Below are positions 46,163 to 63,150 of a stretch of 64,000 bases of DNA, in pieces (the first letter of the stretch is position 1; every line of letters begins with the position of its first letter). The stretch covers positions 2,356,001 through 2,420,000 of the forward strand of contig AP024664.1 of NCBI GenBank assembly GCA_024346625.1, read 5' to 3'. The position numbers and the translations under genes are program-made. This DNA comes from Williopsis jadinii (taxonomy: Eukaryota). The notes beneath the pieces are model-generated. The model made no database searches and was not told where the DNA came from. It saw only the letters and a list, made by a program, of their open reading frames with translations.

Positions 46163-47536
46163 GGATTCCATATGGGAGTTCCATGGGGGTTCCATGGAAA
46201 TCTTCAATTTTAGTGATGTGGCGCGCGATCTTGAAAATCTAACTACAAGACTTGGTCTATATGGACTGTCTACAATAGATGTTTCCAGTAGATGCCCACC
46301 TTTTTGGTTGGGTTGCGCCCTGTTGAAAAATTCATTTGTAGGTGTTGATGTATAAAGTGTAAGAAGAACAAACCTCTCTAACAATCGACGAGAGGGTGGA
46401 CTGAAAACCAAATCCATCGACGGTTGCCCTAAAATGAAAAATTTTTCACTGTTGCTCACACCGGAAAATTTTTCCATGTTTGCGTCGCTTTTTTGTTGTG
46501 CTGCACGGACCGGAAAAATTTTTCATCTTTGCGTCCCTTTTTTGTTGTGCTGCACGGACCGAAAAATCTCACTTCCGGAACACTCTGAAACCGAATCTCA
46601 ATTTCGGGACGGCCAACAACAAAATATGTGGCCTGTCCCAAAAACGCGTGGCCGAAATCTTGAAAATCCAAAATGTATGAGGCGAACCCAAAACATTGAC
46701 GCAGGGTATATGCAGGCGGTAGACGGCGTTGGTATAGCTCTGAGACTACAGACGATTGAAGAATTCAAAATCCAGAAAACACAAGTCCACACCTGATCAG
46801 TCTTCCAAAGATGAAAGAGGCTCGGAGGTACTACATGTGGGAGCGTTTGGACGATTTGAAAAAGTCGTCTGGAGTGGCCCACAGGCCTTGTTGGACGGTG
46901 GTGAAGGTGCTAGTGTGGTCGCCAGACTGTGCTTGCCTTGTACACCGTGTCGACATGGGCGGGGATGGGTTCGTTGGGCATTCGGTAAGTGAAGGGAGAC
47001 TCTCCTTCCATCAACAACACCTTCTTTGCCCGTTCTGGGTTTAGGGAGAGACCATAGGGGGGGATCCTTTTTCTTTTGATGTTTTTCGGCCTACGCCTGA
47101 GCAGTCCCGTCTGGGAGTTCTTCCACGGGCGGGCACTGAGGGATTTAGTGGACTACTAGCCTATGGCAAGTGTTGTAACTAGAATCCTGGGGGCATACCT
47201 GCCTGGATAACCGTAGCGATACGTGAGTCCAGGCGGCGTGACCTCCTCTCAAGCCAGTGATGCTAAACCCGGGACGCATGAAACACGGCACTGGAGTTTA
47301 GCGGAGCCTGTGCTAGAGGAAATTTAAAGAGGGCTATATGGATGTGTTCTGTTCCCTGCCTGGGTTCTCCAGGCCGGGGGCAAGCACCAGCAGTTCTAAC
47401 GAACTACTGCTTACCACATAATATCTTCAGGGAGAACTTCTCCCGCTGGGAACGGGGGCGGACCCGGCTCTAGGCAGCGTAGGCACACCGGCCTAGTCAG
47501 CTCCGCCTAGACGACACCCCCTAACCAAAGGATAGT

Positions 47537-48631
47537 TATCTGGTTGATCCTGCCAGTAGTCATATGCTTGTCTCAAAGATTAAGCCATGCATGTCTAAGT
47601 ATAAGCAATTTATACAGTGAAACTGCGAATGGCTCATTAAATCAGTTATAGTTTATTTGATAGTACCTTACTACTTGGATAACCGTGGTAATTCTAGAGC
47701 TAATACATGCTAAAAACCCCGACTGCTTGGGAGGGGTGTATTTATTAGATAAAAAATCAATGCCCTCGGGCTCTTTGATGATTCATAATAACTTGTCGAA
47801 TCGCATGGCTTTACGCCGGCGATGGTTCATTCAAATTTCTGCCCTATCAACTGTCGATGGTAGGATAGTGGCCTACCATGGTGGCAACGGGTAACGGGGA
47901 ATAAGGGTTCGATTCCGGAGAGGGAGCCTGAGAAACGGCTACCACATCCAAGGAAGGCAGCAGGCGCGCAAATTACCCAATCCTAATTCAGGGAGGTAGT
48001 GACAATAAATAACGATACAGGGCCCTTCTGGGTCTTGTAATTGGAATGAGTACAATGTAAATACCTTAACGAGGAACAATTGGAGGGCAAGTCTGGTGCC
48101 AGCAGCCGCGGTAATTCCAGCTCCAATAGCGTATATTAAAGTTGTTGCAGTTAAAAAGCTCGTAGTTGAACTTTGGGCCTGGCAGGCCGGTCCGCTTTTT
48201 GGCGAGTACTGACCCTGCCGGGCCTTTCCTTCTGGCTACCCTCCCCTCTGGAGAGGCGAACCAGGACTTTTACTTTGAAAAAATTAGAGTGTTCAAAGCA
48301 GGCCTTTGCTCGAATATATTAGCATGGAATAATAGAATAGGACGTTTGGTTCTATTTTGTTGGTTTCTAGGACCATCGTAATGATTAATAGGGACGGTCG
48401 GGGGCATCAGTATTCAGTTGTCAGAGGTGAAATTCTTGGATTTACTGAAGACTAACTACTGCGAAAGCATTTGCCAAGGACGTTTTCATTAATCAAGAAC
48501 GAAAGTTAGGGGATCGAAGATGATCAGATACCGTCGTAGTCTTAACCATAAACTATGCCGACTAGGGATCGGGTGTTGTTTTTATAATGACTCACTCGGC
48601 ACCTTACGAGAAATCACAGTCTTTGGGTTCT

Positions 48632-48700
<69 letters not shown>

Positions 48701-49139
48701 GCGGCTTAATTTGACTCAACACGGGGAAACTCACCAGGTCCAGACACAATAAGGATTGACAGATTGAGAGCTCTTTCTTGATTTTGTGGGTGGTGGTGCA
48801 TGGCCGTTCTTAGTTGGTGGAGTGATTTGTCTGCTTAATTGCGATAACGAACGAGACCTTAACCTACTAAATAGCGCGACTAGCTTTTGCTGGTGCTGAC
48901 GCTTCTTAGAGGGACTATCGATTTCAAGTCGATGGAAGTTTGAGGCAATAACAGGTCTGTGATGCCCTTAGACGTTCTGGGCCGCACGCGCGCTACACTG
49001 ACGGAGCCAGCGAGTCTAGCCTTGGCCGAGAGGTCATGGGTAATCTTGTGAAACTCCGTCGTGCTGGGGATAGAGCATTGCAATTATTGCTCTTCAACGA
49101 GGAATTCCTAGTAAGCGCAAGTCATCAGCTTGCGTTGAT

Positions 49140-49185
<46 letters not shown>

Positions 49186-49269
49186 AATGGCTTAGTGAGG
49201 CTTCAGGATTGGCTTATGGCGGGAGGCGACTCCTGCCTGGAGCCGAGAATCTAGTCAAACTTGGTCATT

Positions 49270-49327
<58 letters not shown>
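47537..49327 (+). rRNA. RDN18: 18S rRNA
   Basis: Same termini and length as 10354-12144. Confidence 0.99.
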
Positions 49328-49468
49328 GAGAACCTGGGCCTGCGCTTCTAGCGCGGCTCCAACCAATACACAGTGTATTTTGCTTCTTTTGCTTTGGCTC
49401 TGCCAAAGGTTTTTAAACACAGAAATTTATTTTCTCTAGAAACTAGTCAATTTGAATTTTAATCTTCA

Positions 49469-49626
49469 AAACTTTCAACAACGGATCTCTTGGTTCTCGC
49501 AACGATGAAGAACGCAGCGAAATGCGATACGTAATGTGAATTGCAGGTTTTCGTGAATCATCGAATCTTTGAACGCATATTGCGCTCTCTGGCATTCCAG
49601 AGAGCATGCCTGTTTGAGCGTCATTT
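49469..49626 (+). rRNA. RDN58: 5.8S rRNA
   Basis: Matches 12285-12442. Confidence 0.99.
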
Positions 49627-49802
49627 CTCTCTCAAGATCCTCTAGGGGACTTGGTATTGAGTGATACTCTGTGTTAACTTGAACTACTCTAGGCAGAGCT
49701 CCCCCTAGAAATCCTCTGGGCCGAAATAATGTATTAGGTTCTACCAACTCGTTATTTTCCAGACAGACTTCCAGGCAGAGCTCGGCTGAACAACCTTTCT
49801 AA

Positions 49803-53188
<3,386 letters not shown>

Positions 53189-54299
53189 TGTTTCGGCAAC
53201 TCTATTTTTTGCTGGCGGGTGCCAGCTGGGGATAGAGTGTCACACAGTTGCCGTAGGCGACTGTGTATTTGTTTTGGTGACGGTAGGGTAATCTTTGGTG
53301 TGAGTGGTGTAGTTTTTGCTTTTTTGTCAAGGGGTGTGTGGGTGTTGTGATGAAGATGGTCTCTGAGGTTTTATGACGGTAGGGTAACAGTTGGTGTGAG
53401 TGGTTGAATTTTTTTTAATTTTTCACCAGAGCTCCCAGGAGGAATTTTTGTTTTTCGTGAGGGGAGGGGGTTTCCACCGGCTAGGCTGGGCTGGGCTTCC
53501 AGGCTGGGCTTAAAAAAGTTAGGCGGGTGGTCAGCCTAAAAAGCTAGGCGGGTGGGATAAGCCTAGAAAGCTAGGCGGGGGGTCAGCCTAAAAAGCTAGG
53601 CGGGTGGGATAAGCCTAGAAAGCTAGGCGGGTGGTCAGCCTAAAATGCTAGGCGGGTGGTCAGCCTAAAATGCTAGGCGGGATGGGCTTAAAATGTTAGG
53701 CGGGTCCACACTGGGGCACCACAGACACCAAGTCCAAACACTTAGGAAAGACACCCAGACCAGACCAAGACCAACCTATGGCTACACCAACAGATTCCCA
53801 CAACGACAACCACGGGAAATGGGAATGTGGCCCCAAAGTGGGATTTTACCAAAACCGTTAGTATGGGGATCCCCCAGGCAGTGGGAATTTCCGGTTACGA
53901 GCGCTGGCGAGGATTTTCTAATTTTGCGAGAAGTGCGACCATCCCTCCGCGCCTGCGCCGCTGCGGGATGGTCATAATGATTTAAAAAAACTAGGGGTAT
54001 CCGGTTCCGCCCCCGTATATAGGTATATATATGTGTGTAGATGGGTGGGTGGTGGTGGTGGTTGACGGGGGGGGAGGGGGGTTTATATAGTTTTGGGTGG
54101 TGTTGGGTGGTCACGTGGGTCACGTGAGTGGTGTGCGGGTGGTGTGTGTGGTGTAAGGGTGTGCAGTCACCGGGCGGGTCACGTGGATGGTGTTAGGGCT
54201 GGTGTAGGCCACGGCCACCAGCCGGGTAGACTACCCCTTTTGGGACACCGGGTAGACTGCCCCTTTTGGGAAGCCGGTTACCCAACTTGGGTAAAAAAA

Positions 54300-54420
54300 A
54301 GATTGCAGCACCTGAGTTTCGCGTATGGTCACCCACTACACTACTCGATCAGGCTCTTAGCAGCTTAACTACAGTTGATCGGACGGGAAACGGTGCTTTC
54401 TGCTAGATATGGCCGCAACC
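54300..54420 (-). rRNA. RDN5: 5S rRNA
   Basis: Matches 3831-3951. Confidence 0.99.
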
Positions 54421-54643
54421 GAAATGGAAGCGCGCGGGGGAGGTTACACTGCTTACACTGCTTACACCGCTTACTAAGCAGCTTACTAAGAACCGCTTAC
54501 TAAGACACCGCTTACTAAGCACTGTGTAGATGTAGCAGGTGGGTGTAGGGGTAAGGTCCAGCGGGCCCAGGGCATCCAGGGGGCTGTCTATAGCGGGAGC
54601 TATAGGGCGCGTCGTACGTGGACGTGTAGCAGGTGTGTAGTGA

Positions 54644-55989
54644 GTGTCCATTGGGGGCCTGGGTGTCCAGCGGGCGGTCATTTGGTGATGATTCAGGAGT
54701 GAACCAGCGGTGAGTTGATGTCCACGGGTGGCCAGCGGGCCTCCAGGGGACCTCCAGGGGGCCTCTAGGGGATGGATCGTGGTCTCTAAGGTGGGTCTAG
54801 CATGTTTACAGTACATAGATGTGTGGAAGATGTCCATTGGGTGTCTGATTGTTTACTCGGGGTCCATTTGGTGTTGATTCAGGGGTGAGTTGATGTCCAT
54901 GGATGTCCAGGGATGTCCACGGGATGTCCAGCGGGCGTCCATAGGCCTCTAGGGGCGTCCGGTGGCTATATCGTGGTCTCCAGGGTCTGTCCAGGGTATT
55001 CCCAGCATGTAGTTGTGTAGAAGATGTCCATTGGGGGTCTGATTGTTTACTCCGTGTCCACTTGGTGATGATTCAGCGGCAGCGAGCGTTGAGGGGGCCT
55101 CTAGGGGCCTCCAACGGGAGCCTGGTGGATGGATCGTGGTCTCCAGTGTGTTCCCAGCTTGTAGATGTCCATTGCATGTCCAATAAGTGTTTGGTTGTTG
55201 ACCCGCTGTCCATTTGGTGTTGATTCAGGGGCGAGATGATGTTCACGGGGCATCCACAGACCTCTAGCAAGAGCCTGGTGGATGTATCGTGGTCTCCAGC
55301 GTCTGTCCAGGGTATTCCCAGTGTGTAGATGTCCATTGAGTGTCCATTGGTGGCCTTGTTGTTTACACGGTGTCCACTTGATGATGATTCAGCGGCGAGA
55401 AAACGTCGACGTGGTGGCCACCAGGCATCCACAGACCTCTAGCGATAGCCTGGTGGATGTATCGTGGTCTCCAGTGTCTGTTTGGCATGTGTCCAGTGTG
55501 TAGGTATCCATTGAATGTCCATTGGTGGCCTTGTTGTTTACCCGCCGCCCACTCGGTGATGATTCAGCGGTGAGTTGATGTCCACAGTATGTCCACGGGG
55601 CAACCATAAGCCTCTAGCGACAGCCTGGTGGATGTATCGTGGTCTCTAGCGTCTGTCCAGGGTATTCCCAGCATGTAGTTGTCCAATTGGTGTCCATTGG
55701 TGGCCTTGTTGTTGACACGGTGTCCACTTGATGATGTTTCAGCGGCAAGCGAACGTTGATGGGGCCTTCACGCGGCAAACATAAGCCTCTAGCGACAGCC
55801 TGGTGGATGTATCGTGGCCTCAGGTTCTGTCCAGCATGTTTCCAATACATAGATGTCTAATTGGTGTCCATTGGGAACATCTTTGTTTACCCTCTACCCC
55901 CTTGATGTTCATTCAGGGAAAAGTTTTTTTTTTTCGCAAATTCACCGGCGAGAAAACGCCCACGCGGTGGCCACCGGTTCAGGCATTAG
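54644..55989. repeat. ~175-bp array, 9 copies fewer than the first unit (shortest)
   Basis: Offset changes by 1575 bp (9 x 175). Confidence 0.93.
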
Positions 55990-56461
55990 CTCCGATCCAG
56001 GTAAAGTGGCCCCGCCAGCTTGGTGTCCAGCAGTAAATTGGCGCAATTCGGGATCAACCACCCCCATGTGGGGCCCGGAGTTTGACACATCCTCTAATAT
56101 CCGCAACACTTAAATGCTTCCAGAACTCCACACACACATCCTACCACAACCAAAATCACTGTTCCACGCTCACAAAATTCACGCCTTTCCAATGAGACCA
56201 AAATACCCTGGTATTTCCACCATTTGGGTTTTTCATTCCATTATTTTACTGTTAACATCTACCCAAATTTTATAATCCGAAAAAGACTCACCTATTCTCG
56301 GAGATATCCTAAATTAATATATACTATATAATCCCATAACTCGGGAACTAGCAGAGCTTTCGAGCTATAAACACCACTACTGGATAGCTACGCTCCAGAG
56401 GTTACCTATGGGTTTAAGTTGTTTCCCGGTTTATGGGTGCCCATCTCCCTGGAAAGCAAAA

Positions 56462-58030
56462 AAATTCTTTGGAGATGGCGCGAGCTTGAAACAATAGCAT
56501 ATCGACGATAACTAGTTTAGTAATGAGCAGTAACTCCCACACCTTTAAAGGATTGGGAGTTGACCAGAAGTACATTTTCGTTTTATATGTATCTTGTAGC
56601 ACCGACTTTGTGACTATTTATGGCTTGTGGTGTCAGCTCAATGAGGTGCTAAGGTGACAGTCTCAAGTATGGAAGACTGATTGAGTAACGACAAAGTTCA
56701 ATTGATACTACTCAAACTACAATGACAACAACAATCTAAAAGAAAGAGACACCTCGTCTGATTCTGGATGCTTCATATATACTGTCAAGCTCAGATGAGC
56801 AAGTCAGAACTATTGGAAACCAGTACAATTCGACAAAGACACGATCCAATATGGAAAAAAGACGATATAACGTGGAAAACAAGACGATGCGCTGTGTAGA
56901 ATAGACGAGACCTTGGGAAACCAAACAGTTCTTATGGCTAGCCTTCCAAAGGAACAATCAGACGTGCTGTAGACTCGAGACGTAATACACGGTGCAGATG
57001 AGGTGGGAGATCTTCCGCGGGTCAGTGAAAAGTTTTGATAGTGTGAGAACTTTGCCAACTTGAAAGCAACAGAACTTGGTTGGAACTCTTAAGACAACGT
57101 GTAAATCAATCTTATGGGGTAAGTCATATTCGATAGTCTCCACATGGGCTGGTGGCAAGTGCAATGTCGTTAATCAGTGGGATTGAATCTTGACTGCACT
57201 CTCTAACTGCAGGGATGAAAGAAGTGAAATTGAAAGCCTGGTGGCGTATGGATGACAAGTAAACATGCCCATGAGTCCATAATATGATGCCTTAGATGTG
57301 CATAGCTGAAACCCAAAAGATCAAAGTAACTGATTAACACTATCAGCACATCAGTTTCCATAATCGACACCATGCCTACTTGGAAGACGACAAAATTGGG
57401 TTTAAACTCATGATAGAGCATCCAAAGAAGTCACGTCAGTTAATTGAAGAGCCAACCAATATCAAAGACTCACTGTCAATGCTACCACTCAATTGAGTTG
57501 TGCTGATGTAACTTGATTCATGAATCGTTCTGAGTTTTGGAATTTCCACCATCTTCAGTTCTAAATCGAGACAGAACAATGGTGACTCATGATAAAGCGT
57601 TCAGATAAGTCACAAAGTATTCCTCCTTTTCCATAGAAGCGTGTGTGAGTATTGGGTTGCCTATCTTTGGTTTGTATTGTGTTGAGAAATCATCTTCTTC
57701 ATGAGTCCCTGTGACAACTGTATCTCCAGGTAGTGAACAGAACTGTTTGGCAACCAACTGTAAAATATTCAGACAGAGCTCATCTTATAGTTCAGTTATG
57801 AGAAAACCTTCCATGAGAAATGTACATAAGTTCTTAAGCTTGAGTTATGAGAATATAAGTGTCATCATCAATCACTGTGAACATCATCAAGTCTGATTGG
57901 AAATTGGTGTAGCTAAATGAAGAGCGGAGATGAAGCTTTCACACCAATTACACAAGATAGGCATGGTGTCACTAATGTTCACTGCTGATGTGTAGTTGAC
58001 GTCCCAATTGTGTCGTACAAAACTTCACTA
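56462..58030. other. Non-rDNA segment (~1.57 kb) interrupting the array; possible decayed gene on the - strand
   Basis: No similarity to any part of the rDNA unit elsewhere in the window. Left flank stops in IGS2 after GGAAAGCAAAA; right flank resumes in IGS1 at TTTTCGTGAGGGG. Confidence 0.9.
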
Positions 58031-58903
58031 TTTTCGTGAGGGGAGGGGGTTTCCACCGGCTAGGCTGGGCTGGGCTTCCAGGCTGGGCTTAAAAAAGTTA
58101 GGCGGGTGGTCAGCCTAAAAAGCTAGGCGGGTGGGATAAGCCTAGAAAGCTAGGCGGGTGGTCAGCCTAAAAAGCTAGGCGGGTGGGATAAGCCTAGAAA
58201 GCTAGGCGGGTGGTCAGCCTAAAATGCTAGGCGGGTGGTCAGCCTAAAATGCTAGGCGGGTGGTCAGCCTAAAATGCTAGGCGGGATGGGCTTAAAATGT
58301 TAGGCGGGTCCACACTGGGGCACCACAGACACCAAGTCCAAACACTTAGGAAAGACACCCAGACCAGACCAAGACCAACCTATGGCTACACCAACAGATT
58401 CCCACAACGACAACCACGGGAAATGGGAATGTGGCCCCAAAGTGGGATTTTACCAAAACCGTTAGTATGGGGATCCCCCAGGCAGTGGGAATTTCCGGTT
58501 ACGAGCGCTGGCGAGGATTTTCTAATTTTGCGAGAAGTGCGACCATCCCTCCGCGCCTGCGCCGCTGCGGGATGGTCATAATGATTTAAAAAAACTAGGG
58601 GTATCCGGTTCCGCCCCCGTATATAGGTATATATATGTGTGTAGATGGGTGGGTGGTGGTGGTGGTTGACGGGGGGGGAGGGGGGTTTATATAGGTTTGG
58701 GTGGTGTTGGGTGGTCACGTGGGTCACGTGAGTGGTGTGCGGGTGGTGTGTGTGGTGTAAGGGTGTGCAGTCACCGGGCGGGTCACGTGGATGGTGTTAG
58801 GGCTGGTGTAGGCCACGGCCACCAGCCGGGTAGACTACCCCTTTTGGGACACCGGGTAGACTGCCCCTTTTGGGAAGCCGGTTACCCAACTTGGGTAAAA
58901 AAA

Positions 58904-59024
58904 AGATTGCAGCACCTGAGTTTCGCGTATGGTCACCCACTACACTACTCGATCAGGCTCTTAGCAGCTTAACTACAGTTGATCGGACGGGAAACGGTGC
59001 TTTCTGCTAGATATGGCCGCAACC
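58904..59024 (-). rRNA. RDN5: 5S rRNA (4604 bp from the previous 5S, with no 35S unit between them)
   Basis: Matches 3831-3951. Confidence 0.99.
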
Positions 59025-59247
59025 GAAATGGAAGCGCGCGGGGGAGGTTACACTGCTTACACTGCTTACACCGCTTACTAAGCAGCTTACTAAGAACCGC
59101 TTACTAAGACACCGCTTACTAAGCACTGTGTAGATGTAGCAGGTGGGTGTAGGGGTAAGGTCCAGCGGGCCCAGGGCATCCAGGGGGCTGTCTATAGCGG
59201 GAGCTATAGGGCGCGTCGTACGTGGACGTGTAGCAGGTGTGTAGTGA

Positions 59248-61816
59248 GTGTCCATTGGGGGCCTGGGTGTCCAGCGGGCGGTCATTTGGTGATGATTCAG
59301 GAGTGAACCAGCGGTGAGTTGATGTCCACGGGTGGCCAGCGGGCCTCCAGGGGACCTCCAGGGGGCCTCTAGGGGATGGATCGTGGTCTCTAAGGTGGGT
59401 CTAGCATGTTTACAGTACATAGATGTGTGGAAGATGTCCATTGGGTGTCTGATTGTTTACTCGGGGTCCATTTGGTGTTGATTCAGGGGTGAGTTGATGT
59501 CCATGGATGTCCAGGGATGTCCACGGGATGTCCAGCGGGCGTCCATAGGCCTCTAGGGGCGTCCGGTGGCTATATCGTGGTCTCCAGGGTCTGTCCAGGG
59601 TATTCCCAGCATGTAGTTGTGTAGAAGATGTCCATTGGGTGTCTGATTGTTTACTCCGTGTCCACTTGGTGATGATTCAGCGGCAGCGAGCGTTGAGGGG
59701 GCCTCTAGGGGCCTCCAACGGGAGCCTGGTGGATGGATCGTGGTCTCCAGTGTGTTCCCAGCTTGTAGATGTCCATTGCATGTCCAATAAGTGTTTGGTT
59801 GTTGACCCGCTGTCCATTTGGTGTTGATTCAGGGGCGAGATGATGTTCACGGGGCATCCACAGACCTCTAGCAAGAGCCTGGTGGATGTATCGTGGTCTC
59901 CAGCGTCTGTCCAGGGTATTCCCAGTGTGTAGATGTCCATTGAGTGTCCATTGGTGGCCTTGTTGTTTACACGGTGTCCACTTGATGATGATTCAGCGGC
60001 AAGCGAACGTTGATGGAGCGTCCAACAAGCCTCTAGGGACCTCCAGCGGGAGCCTAGTCGATGCCTAGACATCCTTAGGTGGTCTCCAGCATCTTCCCTG
60101 TTTGTAGTTGTCCATTGAATGTCCATTGGTGGCCTTGTTGTTTACACGGTGTCCACTTGGTGTTGATTCAGCGGCAAGCGAACGTCGACGAGGTGGCCAC
60201 CAGGCATCCACAGACCTCTAGCAAGAGCCTGGTGGGTGGATTGTGGTCGCCAGGGTTGGTCTAGAGTATTTCCAGTGTGTTGATGTCCATTGAATGTCCA
60301 ATAGATGGCTTGTTGTTTACCCGCCGCCCACTTGATGATGTTTCAGCGGCGAGTTGATGTCCACAGGATGTCCACCAGGCATCCACAGACCTCTAGCGAT
60401 AGCCTGGTGGATGTATCGTGGTCTCCAGTGTCTGTTTGGCATGTGTCCAGTGTGTAGGTATACATTGAATGTCCATTGGTGGCCTTGTTGTTTACCCGCT
60501 GTCCATTTGGTGTTGATTCAGGGGCGAGAAAACGTCGACGGCGTTGCCACCAGGCATCCGCAGGCCTCTAGCGATAGCCTGGTGGATGGACCGTGGCCTC
60601 CAGTGTCTGTTTGGCATGTGTCCAGCATGTAGATGTGTGGAAGATGTCCATTGGTGGCCTTGTTGTTTACACGGTGTCCACTTGATGATGATTCAGCGGC
60701 GAGAAAACGTCGACGTGGTGGCCACCAGGCATCCACAGACCTCTAGCGACAGCCTGGTGGATGTATCGTGGTCTCTAGCGTCTGTCCAAGGTATTCCCAG
60801 TGCGTTGATGTCCATTGAATGTCCAATAGATGGCTTGTTGTTTACCCGCCGCCCACTTGATGATGTTTCAGCGGCGAGTTGATGTCCACAGGATGTCCAC
60901 CAGGCATCCACAGACCTCTAGCGATAGCCTGGTGGATGTATCGTGGTCTCTAGCGTCTGTTTGGCATGTGTCCAGCATGTAGTTGTCCAATTGGTGTCCA
61001 TCGGTGGCCTTGTTGTTTACACCGTGTCCACTTGATGATGTTTCAGCAGTGAGTTGATGTCCACAGGATGTCCACGGGGCAACCATAAGCCTCTAGCGAA
61101 CGTCTAGTCGATGTATCGTGGTCTCCAGTGTCTGTTTGGCATGTGTCCAGTGTGTAGGTATCCGTTGAATGTCCATTGGTGGCCTGATTGTTTACCCGCT
61201 GTCCATTTGGTGTTGATTCAGCGGCGAGAAAACGTCGACGGCGTTGCCACCAGGCATCCGCAGGCCTCTATCAAGAGCCTGGTGGATGTATCGTGGCCTC
61301 TAGGGATGGTCTAGCGTATTCCCAGTGTGTAGATTTCCATTGAATGTCCATTGGTCGCCTCTTTGTTTACCCCCGCCCGCTTGATGATGTTTCAGCGGCG
61401 TGTTGATGTCCACAGGATGTTCACGGGGCAAACATAAGCCTCTAGCGAGAGCCTGGTGGGTGGAGCGTGGTCTCCAGTGTCTGTTTGGCACGTGTCCAGC
61501 ATGTAGATGTGTGGAAGATGTCCATTGGTGGCCTCGTTGTTTACACGGTGTCCACTTGATGTTGTTTCAGCGGCGAGAAAACGTCGACGGGGCCTCCACG
61601 CGGCAAACATAAGCCTCTAGCGATAGCCTGGTGGCTGTATCGTGGCCTCTAGGTTCTGTCCAGCATGTTTCCAATACATAGATGTGTAGAAGATGTCCAA
61701 CCAGCGCCCCTTTGTTTACCCTCTACCCCCTTGATGTTCATTCAGGGAAAAGTTTTTTTTTCGCAAATTCAGCGGCGAGAAAACGCCCACGCGGTGGCCA
61801 CCGGTTCAGGCATTAG
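59248..61816. repeat. ~175-bp array, 2 copies fewer than the first unit
   Basis: Offset changes by 352 bp. Confidence 0.93.
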
Positions 61817-63150
61817 CTCCGATCCAGGTAAAGTGGCCCCGCCAGCTTGGTGTCCAGCAGTAAATTGGCGCAATTCGGGATCAACCACCCCCATGTGGGG
61901 CCCGGAGTTTGACACATCCTCTAATATCCGCAACACTTAAATGCTTCCAGAACTCCACACACACATCCTACCACAACCAAAATCACTGTTCCACGCTCAC
62001 AAAATTCACGCCTTTCCAATGAGACCAAAATACCCTGGTATTTCCACCATTTGGGTTTTTCATTCCATTATTTTACTGTTAACATCTACCCAAATTTTAT
62101 AATCCGAAAAAGACTCACCTATTCTCGGAGATATCCTAAATTAATATATACTATATAATCCCATAACTCGGGAACTAGCAGAGCTTTCGAGCTATAAACA
62201 CCACTACTGGATAGCTACGCTCCAGAGGTTACCTATGGGTTTAAGTTGTTTCCCGGTTTATGGGTGCCCATCTCCCTGGAAAGCAAAACATGGTTTTTAG
62301 AGGGCAACCTGCATTTTCTCGGCGAACCCCGGTTTGTTCCAACTTTATCAAAAGTGGGTCTTTCATGGCCAAACTTGGGTCATATATTCACCTTCAGGAG
62401 TAGTACCTATGGTCCAACAGCCATGGATGGGTGCACTTTGCCCATTGTTCAGGAGGTATAAGTACAAAATTACATGCATAAATGTTGATTTTTGGGTGCC
62501 GCCGAGCAACCGGAATTAACCAGAGATGATGCAAGATGATAGTACTGTGTCAGTTACACCACCTTGGCTTATTAGATCGGTCAAATTCATCGCGCGTGGT
62601 GGTGCAATTTGCGTTTAAAGGGTGTATAAAATGGCTTTTTGGTGTAAGGATGTTTGGGTGTTTGGATGAAATGTTTGGATGTTTTGGCAGGGTGGTGGGG
62701 GCAGGTGGGGGGCATATAATTGGATATTTTGGGATGGGGGCGATATGTTTGGGGAGTTTTTGGTATGGATCGGGAGGTTGGAGCGTGGTTTGAACCATTG
62801 GGCTGGTTGTGGTGTTTATGGCGTTTGTGCTGGGAGTGCGCTGGCTGTTACAAGTGTTGGGGTGGTCGGATCTGGCTTTCCGGGGTGTTGCCCGTTCCCG
62901 AAAAACAAAGTGGGGGCTTAACTATGGGCGCTTAACTATGGGCGCTTAACTATGGGAGATTCACTATGAGACTTAACTATGGGATCTCTACTATGGGAGC
63001 TTCACTATAGGTGGTTAACTATGGGAGTTCCACTATAGGTGGTTAACTACGGGGATGGTAGGTGGTGTTGCCCGTTCCCGAAAAACAAACTGGGAGTTAA
63101 CTATGGGCGTTAACTATGGGGTTCCACTATGAAGGTCTTTAATTTTTCCT

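Noticed and set aside
56462..58030. Calling the insert an intact transposon or LTR element
   Set aside because: No terminal inverted repeats, TG..CA LTR ends, target-site duplication, poly(A) tail or transposase/RT ORF; the flanks are non-contiguous rDNA positions.
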